A program made the position numbers and the translations under genes. A stretch of 64,000 nucleotides of DNA from an uncultured Rhodospirillales bacterium (lineage in GTDB: Bacteria > Pseudomonadota > Alphaproteobacteria > CAAGCB01 > CAG-977): contig CACYSU010000004.1 in assembly GCA_902777205.1 (NCBI GenBank), forward strand, positions 4,125 to 68,124, read 5' to 3'. A model generated the notes under the pieces. It did no database searches. It saw nothing but the letters and a program-made list of their open reading frames with translations, and was not told the origin of the DNA. Below, piece by piece: positions 56,493 to 64,000 of this stretch. The first letter of the stretch is position 1. The number at the start of each line of letters is the position of its first letter.

Positions 56493-56517
56493 GGCGGAAA
56501 ATTTTCCGCCTTTTTTT
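56493..56517 (+). terminator. Intrinsic terminator after the PEPCK gene
   Basis: GGCGGAAA-AT-TTTCCGCC stem followed by T7. Confidence 0.85.
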
Positions 56518-56590
56518 GTTTTATCTTGTTTCTTGCGCCGATTTTTAGGAAAATATCCGGCAGTTGTCTTTTTAACGGGAGCTTTATTCC

Positions 56591-58300
56591 ATGGCTGAAC
56601 AAACAAACACCGCGACCCCCGCCGCCCCGAACGCCGAAGAGGTTGAATACGAATACGTCGAAGTGCCGGAGGGCGACGCCCAGCAGTATGAGGAAACGGC
56701 CGAATACGAATATGTCGAAGCCCCCGCCGACGATATCCAGTACGAATACGTCGAGGTGCCGGAGGGCGATGCCCAGCAGTACGAGGAAACGGCCGAATAC
56801 GAATATGTCGAGGCGCCCGCCGCCGAAGCACCCGCGGCCGAGGAAAACGTCGAATACGAATATGTCGAGGCTCCCGCCGCCGAAGCTCCCGCGACCGAGG
56901 AAAACGTCGAATACGAGTATGTCGAGGCTCCCGCCGCCGAAGCCCCCGCGGCCGAGGAAAACGTCGAATACGAATATGTCGAGGCTCCGGAAACAGCGGA
57001 GGAAACGCCCGCTTTGCCCGAACCGGAATTGCCGCCCGAAGAGGACGAGCTGCCGCCGCCGGCGGGTATGCCGGAAGAAACCGCGCCCGTCGCCGCCGAA
57101 CCCGCTTTGCCGCCGGAAGAGGAAGCCCCCGAACCGGCCGCACCCGCGGCGGAACCTGTCGCCGCGCAGCCTGAGCCCGTCGCGGAAGCAGTCGCCGCCC
57201 CCGTCCCCGAACCTGCGGCGGACGAAGATTTGCCGGCGACCGCCGACGAACTGGAATCCATTGCGGAAATGGCGTTCGCCGCAGCCGGAACACCGCAGCC
57301 GGCGACGGACGCGCCCGCCGTGTCCGCGGAGGAATTGGAAACCGTCGAACCCGAACCGGTTGAAAACACGACGGCGATCGACGCGCTGGCGGATCAAACG
57401 GTCGCCGAAGCGGCCGCGCATGAATCCGAAGCAACGCAAAACACCATAGAGGAAACGCAGGAGGAACAAGATCCCCGCGACGCCGCGGACACCCTGCCCG
57501 CGACCGGCGCGTTTTCCTTTGACGGATCGCTGACGGCGTCGTTTAACGGAACGGCCGGATCGGACACGGTCGTTTTGACCAACGCCGCGCGCGCTTTCGA
57601 CGACCTGTCGCGCTGGTATTTGCTGATCAGCGAATTTTCCGTCACGCCGCTGGCGGATCAAAACGGCGCGGAAATCCCGCTGTCCGACGATATTTTCTGT
57701 CAGGGCGCGTTTATCAACGCCGACGGATCGGCCGTCCCGTTCGTCAACGAAACCGGCCTGACCGTTCCGTCCGGCAACACGAATCTGGCTTTGTGCGGCG
57801 CAAAAGTCCTGCCCATGGCCGGACAGGAGGGCGCGACGATCGAATTGGAGGATTCCGCCGGTATGCTGATCGGCCCGAACGGCGTGATGCTGATGTTCAG
57901 CCATTTGAACAAACTGGTCGTTCCCGACGTGCCGCCCGTTTCCGCGCAGCCGCAAACCGCCGCGCCGATGAACGCGCCCGTCGCCTACGCCCTGCCCCGA
58001 TTGGACGAACCGGCGGTTGACGCCTTTGTCTTTACGGCGGACGACGGGGAAAAGCAAACGGACGAACCGGCGATTCTGGTGAAAACGGGATACACCCTGT
58101 ACGGTTGGAACGTCACGTTCGCCAGCGGTTTGACGATGAGTCTGGCCGATGTCCGCACGTTCCAATCAAAACACGGCGTTCTGCCCGAATCCGACGGAAC
58201 GATCGGCTATAAACAGGCGCGGCTGACGTTCAAAAACGCGCAAAGCATCCGTGTTTACGAAAAACCGTCCTATTGCGGTTACGGCAAACGCCCCGAATGA
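56591..58300 (+). CDS. Highly acidic Glu/Pro/Tyr tandem-repeat protein with a C-terminal domain of unknown function
   Basis: 569-aa ORF with an ATG start. The N-terminal third consists of EYEYVE(A/V)P-containing repeats, followed by a Pro/Glu/Ala linker and a roughly 270-aa region of ordinary composition. A terminator hairpin lies right after the stop. Confidence 0.7.
   Translation: MAEQTNTATPAAPNAEEVEYEYVEVPEGDAQQYEETAEYEYVEAPADDIQYEYVEVPEGDAQQYEETAEYEYVEAPAAEAPAAEENVEYEYVEAPAAEAPATEENVEYEYVEAPAAEAPAAEENVEYEYVEAPETAEETPALPEPELPPEEDELPPPAGMPEETAPVAAEPALPPEEEAPEPAAPAAEPVAAQPEPVAEAVAAPVPEPAADEDLPATADELESIAEMAFAAAGTPQPATDAPAVSAEELETVEPEPVENTTAIDALADQTVAEAAAHESEATQNTIEETQEEQDPRDAADTLPATGAFSFDGSLTASFNGTAGSDTVVLTNAARAFDDLSRWYLLISEFSVTPLADQNGAEIPLSDDIFCQGAFINADGSAVPFVNETGLTVPSGNTNLALCGAKVLPMAGQEGATIELEDSAGMLIGPNGVMLMFSHLNKLVVPDVPPVSAQPQTAAPMNAPVAYALPRLDEPAVDAFVFTADDGEKQTDEPAILVKTGYTLYGWNVTFASGLTMSLADVRTFQSKHGVLPESDGTIGYKQARLTFKNAQSIRVYEKPSYCGYGKRPE
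56645..56990 (+). repeat. In-frame tandem repeats: a 93-bp unit (2 copies, offset 56648 to 56741) followed by a 57-bp unit (3+ copies starting at 56795, 56852, 56909 and 56966)
   Basis: Periodicity measured directly from the positions of GAATACGAATA(T/C)GTCGA(G/A)G. Copies differ only at a few third-codon or Ala/Thr positions. Confidence 0.9.
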
Positions 58301-58303
58301 TGA

Positions 58304-58336
58304 AAAGGCGAAGCGTCAGGCTTCGCCTTTGTTTTT
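58304..58336. terminator. Bidirectional intrinsic terminator overlapping the 3' end of rsmD
   Basis: AAAGGCGAAGC-GTCAG-GCTTCGCCTTT 11-bp stem followed by GTTTTT. Confidence 0.7.
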
Positions 58337-58888
58337 CAGGCAAACGAAAGAAACTTTCGCCGCGCCGTAAACGCGTTCGTCCGTCACGTCAAACGTTTCG
58401 GGCAGGAAATCCTTTTCATTGCGGGCGGTTTCGATCACGCACAGCGTCCGCGCATCAATCCACCCCGCGGCGGTCAAAGCCGTCAAAGCGGGCGCGACCA
58501 ATCCCTTTTCATACGGCGGATCCATGAACAGCAGCCCGACGGGCGCGGCGGCCGCGACGGGACGCAGGGCGTCGGAATACAAACGCACGGGAATGTTTTC
58601 CGCGACGAAACACGCCGTGTTCAGGTGAAAGCATTTCACGGCGGCGGGGTCGATTTCCCACGCGAACAGCGCGTTCGCCCCGCGCGACAAAGCCTCCGCC
58701 CCCAGCGCGCCCGTTCCGGCGAACACGTCGGCGACGCTGACATCGCCCCACGCCGTCCCCGATTTGCGCAATTTGGAATCCAGCACGTTAAACACGGATT
58801 CGCGCGCCCGATCCGATGTCGGACGCGTGTTCGCGCCCTGCGGCGCCGCCAATTTTTTCGACCGGAACTTGCCTGAAACGATACGCAT
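58316..58888 (-). CDS. rsmD: 16S rRNA (guanine966-N2)-methyltransferase
   Basis: MRIVSGKFRSKKL, RPTSDRARESVFN, DVFAGTGALGAEALSRGA and FMDPPY motifs. Confidence 0.9.
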   Translation of the reverse strand: MRIVSGKFRSKKLAAPQGANTRPTSDRARESVFNVLDSKLRKSGTAWGDVSVADVFAGTGALGAEALSRGANALFAWEIDPAAVKCFHLNTACFVAENIPVRLYSDALRPVAAAAPVGLLFMDPPYEKGLVAPALTALTAAGWIDARTLCVIETARNEKDFLPETFDVTDERVYGAAKVSFVCLKNKGEA

Positions 58889-58918
58889 TTTTTTCTCCGT
58901 TTTTTTTGAATTGATTAC

Positions 58919-58953
58919 TTGACAAAAAAGACAAAATCAAGTAGTTTTGTCAA
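58919..58953. promoter_or_regulatory. Perfect 9-bp inverted repeat TTGACAAAA-N17-TTTTGTCAA in the rsmD/small-ORF divergent region; candidate promoter or operator
   Basis: Read directly from the sequence. Each arm contains a consensus TTGACA -35 hexamer facing outward. TAGTTT lies 17 nt downstream of the + strand hexamer. Confidence 0.4.
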
Positions 58954-58980
58954 AAATTTCCTTTGGTGATGGAGTTTTCA

Positions 58981-59328
58981 ATGGTTGCCTCTTTGTCGGA
59001 ATTTTGTTTGGGAACGTACCCGATTTGCGATTTGATGCCCAGCGGGGTGAAATCGGCGCAGGCGGGCGAAAAACGCCGCACGATCGGTTTCGGACGTGAA
59101 AACGAAACGATTTCCAAATCGCCGGAAAAAATTTTGCTGGAAACGTTGGGGATGCGCCGCGCGATCGGTTTCGGCCGCGAAGGCGAACTGATCAAAAACG
59201 GCCCGTCCGGCAAAGAAACCGCCGTCGGGTTCGGCCGCGAAAACGAACCGGCCGCGACGCCCGACAAACCGAAACGCAAAATCGGTTTTCCGACGACCGC
59301 CCGTTTGAAACAGGCCGTCAGGGATTAA
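58981..59328 (+). CDS. Small hypothetical protein with four (K/R)R-x-IGFGRE-like repeats
   Basis: GGAG SD lies 6 nt before the ATG at 58981. A strong terminator follows. The repeats are KRRTIGFGRENE, MRRAIGFGREGE, KETAVGFGRENE and KRKIGFPTT. Coding status is not proven because the antisense frame is also open. Confidence 0.45.
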   Translation: MVASLSEFCLGTYPICDLMPSGVKSAQAGEKRRTIGFGRENETISKSPEKILLETLGMRRAIGFGREGELIKNGPSGKETAVGFGRENEPAATPDKPKRKIGFPTTARLKQAVRD

Positions 59329-59355
59329 AGTTTTTCATTCTCCTGAAAGAAAAAG

Positions 59356-59388
59356 CGGAGAGGTTTTAACGGCCTCTCCGTTTTTTTT
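59356..59388. terminator. Bidirectional intrinsic terminator
   Basis: CGGAGAGG-N9-CCTCTCCG stem followed by T8, preceded by A5. Confidence 0.8.
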
Positions 59389-60148
59389 ATCCTTTTTTGA
59401 CTTTGACCGGCCGGTCAACGACGATTTTGCCGCCCGTCTGTTCGATCAGCGTTTTTCCGGGGATTTCATCGACGGCGCCTTTTTCCAGATTACCCAGCTG
59501 GAACGGCCCGTAGGATATGCGGATCAGTCGCGTCACCTGCAGCCCGAACGATTCCATCAACTTGCGGATCTCGCGGTTTTTGCCCTCTTTCAACGAAACG
59601 GTCAGCCACATATTCGACCCTTGCTTTTTATCGACGACGACCTGCGCGGGGGCGTAGCGCACACCGTCCGCCGTCACGCCTTTGCCCAGTTTGTCGATCA
59701 TTTCCGGCGTCAACTCCCCGTGGATGCGCACGCGGTAACGCCGCAACCACCCCGTTGATGGCAATTCCATCTGGCGGGCGAATTCCCCGTCGTTCGTCAG
59801 CAGCAGCAGCCCTTCGGAATTCAAATCCAGCCGCCCGATCGAAATCACGCGCGGCATTGTTTCGGGCAGCGCGTCGAACACCGTCGGCCGCCCCTGCGGA
59901 TCCCTGTACGTCGTCACCAGCCCCGCGGGTTTGTGATAACGCCAGACGCGCGTTTTTTCCTTTGCGGGCAAAGGTTTTTGATCCACGGTCACAACGTCGG
60001 CGTCCGTCACGGTGACGGCGGGCGACGTTAAAACCTTTCCGTTGACGGCGATGCGCCCCTGTTCGATATAGCGTTCGGCTTCGCGGCGGGAACACACGCC
60101 GGCGCGGGCGACGACCTTGGCGACGCGTTCGCCTTTTTCGGTATTCAT
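59387..60148 (-). CDS. rluB: RluB/RsuA-family pseudouridine synthase with an N-terminal S4 domain
   Basis: S4 motif VARAGVCSRREAERYIEQGRIAVNG and the catalytic motif ISIGRLDLNSEGLLLLTNDG. The subfamily call is tentative. Confidence 0.88.
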   Translation of the reverse strand: MNTEKGERVAKVVARAGVCSRREAERYIEQGRIAVNGKVLTSPAVTVTDADVVTVDQKPLPAKEKTRVWRYHKPAGLVTTYRDPQGRPTVFDALPETMPRVISIGRLDLNSEGLLLLTNDGEFARQMELPSTGWLRRYRVRIHGELTPEMIDKLGKGVTADGVRYAPAQVVVDKKQGSNMWLTVSLKEGKNREIRKLMESFGLQVTRLIRISYGPFQLGNLEKGAVDEIPGKTLIEQTGGKIVVDRPVKVKKG

Positions 60149-61407
60149 CTGATTTCCTTTTCCTGTTTGTCAAAAGGCGCGGACGGAATCCGGCGCGCCG
60201 TCATCAACACCGGCAAAGCGGTTTGAATCTGATAGTTGTCCGTTTCAAAAAAAGTGACCTGATCGGCGGTGTAAACCGGCCGTTGTCCGGAATCGACCTC
60301 GGTTTCCATGGACGTGACGCCGCGCAGCTGGTAACTGGCGCGGACGGGCGGCAGAAAATCGGCGGAAACGGTGTCGTCCCGTCCCGACGCAGCGTGCATT
60401 TCAACGGCGGCGTCCTTTACCTTTAACGCGTCCAACGCGTCGTCGTCGTCCAGATTGACCCCCTCCCCCGGCAGGATCTTGGCCAGCTCGAAACTTTCGA
60501 CGACCTTCGGCATCGGCGCGGGGGACGGCGCGGCAACGTCGGCCTTTCCCGTCAGCCGCGCCTCCATCCGCAGGATGGGCGCTTCGACGACGACGGAGGA
60601 TTTTTTGTTCTTGCGTTCGACCGGCTGCCTGTCCAGCCAGACTTTCAGCGATTTGGGCAAAACGGCGAAACGGTCGATGTTGTCCTGAAAAATCTCTTCG
60701 ATCCGCTGACGCACTTGCCGCACCGTGCGCATCTTTCTTTTTTCGTTGTAAAAGATCGGCGGATTGGCCGCGGCGGCGTCGGGGAACAGGTCGGCCGCGT
60801 ATTTGTACGGCGTGAATTTGTCCGCGCGCAGCAACATCACGGCGCCCGACGGCCCCATGAAATGCGCCAGATACAAATCGACCGGCGTGATCGCGCCGCC
60901 GATCTGGTCGCTGAGGATTTTCTGGTTGCTTTTGGCGAATTCGGCGGCCAGCAGGGCGGATATGCGCGGCGACCGGCGCAGCGACAGAATTTCGTCGCGG
61001 TCTTCGGCCTTTTTCACGCGGTAACGCCCCCGCCCGTCGCGATAGATTTGCGACGCCAACCGCGCGTAGCCGTATTTCGCCCCGTGCAGCTTCATTTGCT
61101 GCAGCCACGTGTCCGCGGTGAACTGGTACAGCCCCTCGGCGCTGGAACGTTCGGCGGACGCGTTGACCTCGAACCGGCTTTCATGGCCGGCCTTGGCCAT
61201 CAGGTAATCGAAGCTGACGCCGCTGATTTCGCTGGCTTCGCGGATATAGCGCACGATTTCGCGATCGACCTTGAACCCGCCGATTTTGTAAACCGTATTT
61301 TCAATGGCAACATCCGCCGTCACGACATATCCTTTTTGATAAAAAGCAAGGCAGTATAACAACCCCGCGGCGGGATTGAAAGATGTTTTTCTTGACTTCG
61401 CGCGCAT
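60145..61407 (-). CDS. Protein with a lytic transglycosylase (SLT)-like domain
   Basis: AGHESRFEVNASAERSSAEGLYQFT matches the SLT catalytic E-S ... GL.Q pattern. The stop overlaps the rluB start (ATGA). The start is uncertain because only 20 nt separate it from the divergent tadA. Confidence 0.6.
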   Translation of the reverse strand: MRAKSRKTSFNPAAGLLYCLAFYQKGYVVTADVAIENTVYKIGGFKVDREIVRYIREASEISGVSFDYLMAKAGHESRFEVNASAERSSAEGLYQFTADTWLQQMKLHGAKYGYARLASQIYRDGRGRYRVKKAEDRDEILSLRRSPRISALLAAEFAKSNQKILSDQIGGAITPVDLYLAHFMGPSGAVMLLRADKFTPYKYAADLFPDAAAANPPIFYNEKRKMRTVRQVRQRIEEIFQDNIDRFAVLPKSLKVWLDRQPVERKNKKSSVVVEAPILRMEARLTGKADVAAPSPAPMPKVVESFELAKILPGEGVNLDDDDALDALKVKDAAVEMHAASGRDDTVSADFLPPVRASYQLRGVTSMETEVDSGQRPVYTADQVTFFETDNYQIQTALPVLMTARRIPSAPFDKQEKEIR

Positions 61408-61427
61408 TCGCGCCCACTTTACATTCC

Positions 61428-61898
61428 ATGGACGATTTCTTTGAAAACATAGTGGATACCGCCGTGAAACAGGCCGGACGGGCGGCGAAAGCCGGCGAAA
61501 TCCCCGTGTGCGCCGTCGTGTTCGATCCGGCGGAAAAGCAGATCGTCGCGACCGCCGTCAACCGCACGGAACGCGACAACGACCCGACCGCGCACGCCGA
61601 AGTTCTGGCGATCCGCAAGGCTTGCCGCGCCGTAAAGCAAACGCGCCTGCCCGATTTCGATATGTATGTGACGCTGGAACCCTGCCCGATGTGCGCGGCG
61701 GCGATCGCTTTCGCCCGATTGCGCCGGCTGTATTTCGGCGCGTACGATGTCAAGGGCGGCGGCGTCGAACACGGATGCCGCGTTTACGAACACGCGCCGC
61801 ACCTGTCCGCGCCCGAAGTATATGGCGGCATCGCGCAGACGCGGTGTGCGGAACTGCTGACCGGATTTTTCCAAACCCTGCGCGGAGGAGCGAAATGA
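61428..61898 (+). CDS. tadA: tRNA-specific adenosine deaminase
   Basis: HAEVLAIR and TLEPCPMCAAAI zinc-binding motifs. Confidence 0.92.
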   Translation: MDDFFENIVDTAVKQAGRAAKAGEIPVCAVVFDPAEKQIVATAVNRTERDNDPTAHAEVLAIRKACRAVKQTRLPDFDMYVTLEPCPMCAAAIAFARLRRLYFGAYDVKGGGVEHGCRVYEHAPHLSAPEVYGGIAQTRCAELLTGFFQTLRGGAK

Positions 61899-63358
61899 CA
61901 TCGAAACCTTTGTTTGTCGGTTCGCCGGAGCTGGCGTTCACGCCCGTTGTCGAACAACCGGAACCCGAACCGCTGTCGGTGACGGCGCTTTCATTGGCGT
62001 TAAAGGGGCTGGTGGAGCGCAATTTCGCGTCCGTCTGCGTCAAAGGCGAAATTTCCGGATTGAAAAAGGCCGCGTCGGGGCATTTGTACTTCGCCCTGAA
62101 AGACGAGGAATCCGTTTTGGACGGCGTGTGCTGGCGCGGCGGATCGTCGCGGCTGGGCGTCGTCCCCGCCGACGGGCTGGAGGTCGTGTGCACCGGCAAA
62201 ATCACGACCTACCCCGGCCGTTCCAAATACCAGATGGTCGTCGAAACCATGGAAGCCGCCGGCGTCGGCGCGTTGCTGAAACTGTTGGAGGAACGCCGCA
62301 AAAAGCTGGAGGCCGAGGGGCTGTTCGCGCCGGAAAGAAAGAAAAAAATCCCGTTTCTGCCCGAAGTGATCGGCGTTGTCACTTCGCCGACCGGCGCGGT
62401 CATCCGCGACATCATGCACCGGCTGAACGACCGTTTTCCGCGCCGCGTGCTGTTGTGGCCGTCGTTGATGCAGGGGGCGGAGGCCGCCGAACAGGTCGCC
62501 CGCGCCATCCGCGGTTTCAACGCCATTCCGGCCGGCGGCGTTGCGACCCCCGACGGGATCATCCCGCGCCCCGACGTTCTGATCGTCGCGCGCGGCGGCG
62601 GTTCGCTGGAGGATTTGTGGGCGTTCAACGAAGAAATCGTCGTCCGCGCGGCCGCCGAATCGGACATCCCGCTGATTTCCGCCGTCGGTCATGAAACGGA
62701 CACGACGCTGATCGACTACGCGGCCGATTTGCGCGCCCCGACGCCGACCGGCGCGGCGGAAAAAGCCGTTCCCGTGCGTCAGGAACTGCGCCTGACCCTG
62801 TCCGAATCCGAAACGCGCCTGAAATCGTCGCTGGCCCGATTGGTCAAAGAACGCGAAAACGTTCTGACCGGATTGGCGCGCGGCCTGCCCTCTTTGGAAC
62901 AGATCGTCGCCGAACGCGCCCAGCGGCTGGACGACCGCGCGGAACGGCTGGACAACGCGGTGAAAAACGCCGTCGCCGACAAGCGAAGCAAAGCGACCGC
63001 CGCCGCGCTGCGCCTGACCCGCCCCGATTTTTTGTTGGAACAGGCCAAAAACAAGCTGTTCCAAACAGCCTATCCTTTGAACGAACGGATGAAAACTTTT
63101 CTGACGCGCGCGGAAAACCGTTTTCAAACGGCGTCCCGTCTGCTAGACAGTTTTTCATACGAACGTGTTTTGGAACGCGGATTCGCTTTGGTGCTGACGC
63201 CGCAGGGCAAACCGCTGCCGACGGCGGCGGAGGCCAAAACGCGGCCGGAGCTGGTTTTGAAATTCGCAGACGGCGTCCTGCCCGTCGCGGCGGCCGCTCC
63301 GAAACCGCGCCGGAAAACGCCCGCGCCCGATGATGACAAACAAGGACGATTGCTATGA
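61895..63358 (+). CDS. xseA: Exodeoxyribonuclease VII large subunit
   Basis: OB-fold N-terminus (VKGEISGLKKAASGHLYFALKDE), VVTSPTGAVIRD, IVARGGGSLEDLWAFNEE and SAVGHETDTTL. The start overlaps the tadA stop (ATGA). Confidence 0.92.
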   Translation: MTSKPLFVGSPELAFTPVVEQPEPEPLSVTALSLALKGLVERNFASVCVKGEISGLKKAASGHLYFALKDEESVLDGVCWRGGSSRLGVVPADGLEVVCTGKITTYPGRSKYQMVVETMEAAGVGALLKLLEERRKKLEAEGLFAPERKKKIPFLPEVIGVVTSPTGAVIRDIMHRLNDRFPRRVLLWPSLMQGAEAAEQVARAIRGFNAIPAGGVATPDGIIPRPDVLIVARGGGSLEDLWAFNEEIVVRAAAESDIPLISAVGHETDTTLIDYAADLRAPTPTGAAEKAVPVRQELRLTLSESETRLKSSLARLVKERENVLTGLARGLPSLEQIVAERAQRLDDRAERLDNAVKNAVADKRSKATAAALRLTRPDFLLEQAKNKLFQTAYPLNERMKTFLTRAENRFQTASRLLDSFSYERVLERGFALVLTPQGKPLPTAAEAKTRPELVLKFADGVLPVAAAAPKPRRKTPAPDDDKQGRLL

Positions 63359-64000
63359 AACGCCTGATTTTTTTCCTTTCGATGATCGCCGCGGTCAAAG
63401 CCGGCGCCGCCGAACCGCCCGTTTTGTTCCTGCAGGGACAGGCGCGGCAGGGGGAAATGCTGTTCGGCTATGTCACGCCGCAATCGGAATTGACCCTGAA
63501 CGGCGAAAAGGTTGAAACGCGTGCGGACGGATGGTTTTTGTTCGGCATCGGCCGTGACGACACGGGCGACCTGACATTTAAAGCCGTCAGGGACGGCGCG
63601 GAAACCGTGCACGCTTACACGATCGCGCCGCGCAAATGGAACGTTCAACGCATCAACGGATTGCCGCAAAACACTGTCACCCCGACCGAAGAGGAGGAGC
63701 AGCGCATCGCGCGGGAATTCACCCTGACGCAGGACGCGCGAATGAAAAACGTCGAAATGGAAATACCGCTGTGCTTCGATCGCCCCGCCGCGGGACGGAT
63801 ATCCAGCGTTTACGGTTCGCAACGCATTTTGAACGGCGAACCGAAAGCGGCGCATAACGCTTTGGACATCGCCAACAAACAGGGAACGCCCGTGACCGCC
63901 CCTGCGGACGGCGTCGTTTTATTGGCGCACGACGATATGTTCCTGTCGGGGAAAACGGTCTTGATCGGCCACGGGCAAAACGTCGTCACCAGCTACATCC
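63355..64000 (+). CDS. M23 family metallopeptidase (partial; runs off the window end)
   Basis: My own translation from the ATG at 63355 (overlapping the xseA stop, ATGA) gives signal peptide MKRLIFFLSMIAAVKAGAA, then ...GRISSVYGSQRILNGEPKAAHNALDIANKQGTPVTAPADGVV... with the HxxxD motif. It is absent from the ORF track because there is no stop in the window. Confidence 0.8.
   Translation, partial: MKRLIFFLSMIAAVKAGAAEPPVLFLQGQARQGEMLFGYVTPQSELTLNGEKVETRADGWFLFGIGRDDTGDLTFKAVRDGAETVHAYTIAPRKWNVQRINGLPQNTVTPTEEEEQRIAREFTLTQDARMKNVEMEIPLCFDRPAAGRISSVYGSQRILNGEPKAAHNALDIANKQGTPVTAPADGVVLLAHDDMFLSGKTVLIGHGQNVVTSYI

Noticed and set aside
56645-56990. Regularly spaced near-identical repeats that could superficially suggest a CRISPR-like array.
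   Set aside because: The repeats are contiguous tandem units (93 bp and 57 bp, both multiples of 3) without unique spacers. They lie in frame inside a long ORF and are not palindromic. They are coding tandem repeats.
58950-59279. 109-aa minus-strand ORF antisense to the IGFGRE-repeat ORF, which shows its own SRPKPI(A/V)RR repeats.
   Set aside because: It is a mirror image of the plus-strand repeats. It has no SD or plausible promoter, and it would run into the rsmD promoter region. The plus-strand ORF has an SD and a terminator, but neither frame is proven.

Overview
High-GC (about 60-65% in housekeeping stretches) chromosomal segment. Gene content and order look alphaproteobacterial (Rhodospirillales-like), with anaerobe or microaerophile traits: an FprA flavodiiron protein, a GGGtGRT/NifU-like pair and a GTP-type PEP carboxykinase. 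I support about 50 CDS, one tRNA-Arg(CCT) and a set of clear intrinsic terminators. I see no rRNA, CRISPR array, transposase, integrase or phage genes. Housekeeping genes include hisC, chorismate mutase, hisI, pyrG, dgt, ettA, PiT/DUF47 phosphate uptake, potABC, fprA, two tandem pepN genes, mutY, yifB, an OmpR/EnvZ-like two-component pair, GTP-PEPCK, rsmD, a pseudouridine synthase, tadA, xseA and a partial M23 peptidase. The best candidate for an undescribed system is a tight three-gene operon on the minus strand (33080-37823). It encodes a signal-peptide protein of unknown fold, a pentapeptide-repeat protein with an Arg-rich C-terminal tail, and an orphan VirD4/TraG-type coupling ATPase with an acidic tail. 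No other type IV secretion or relaxase genes occur in the window. The upstream pepN paralog carries a 69-aa strongly basic C-terminal extension. Other items worth follow-up: two adjacent secreted proteins with 12-14% cysteine and furin/VSP-like CXXC repeats; a very acidic protein with 57-bp and 93-bp tandem repeats encoding EYEYVE(A/V)P; a YgeY-like M20 protein that seems to have lost all metal ligands; an LRAT-like/TPR/EEP/TPR/Lon-like neighbourhood; and a small (K/R)R-x-IGFGRE repeat protein behind a perfect inverted repeat. All family assignments come from motif reading and recalled family knowledge, not from database searches.
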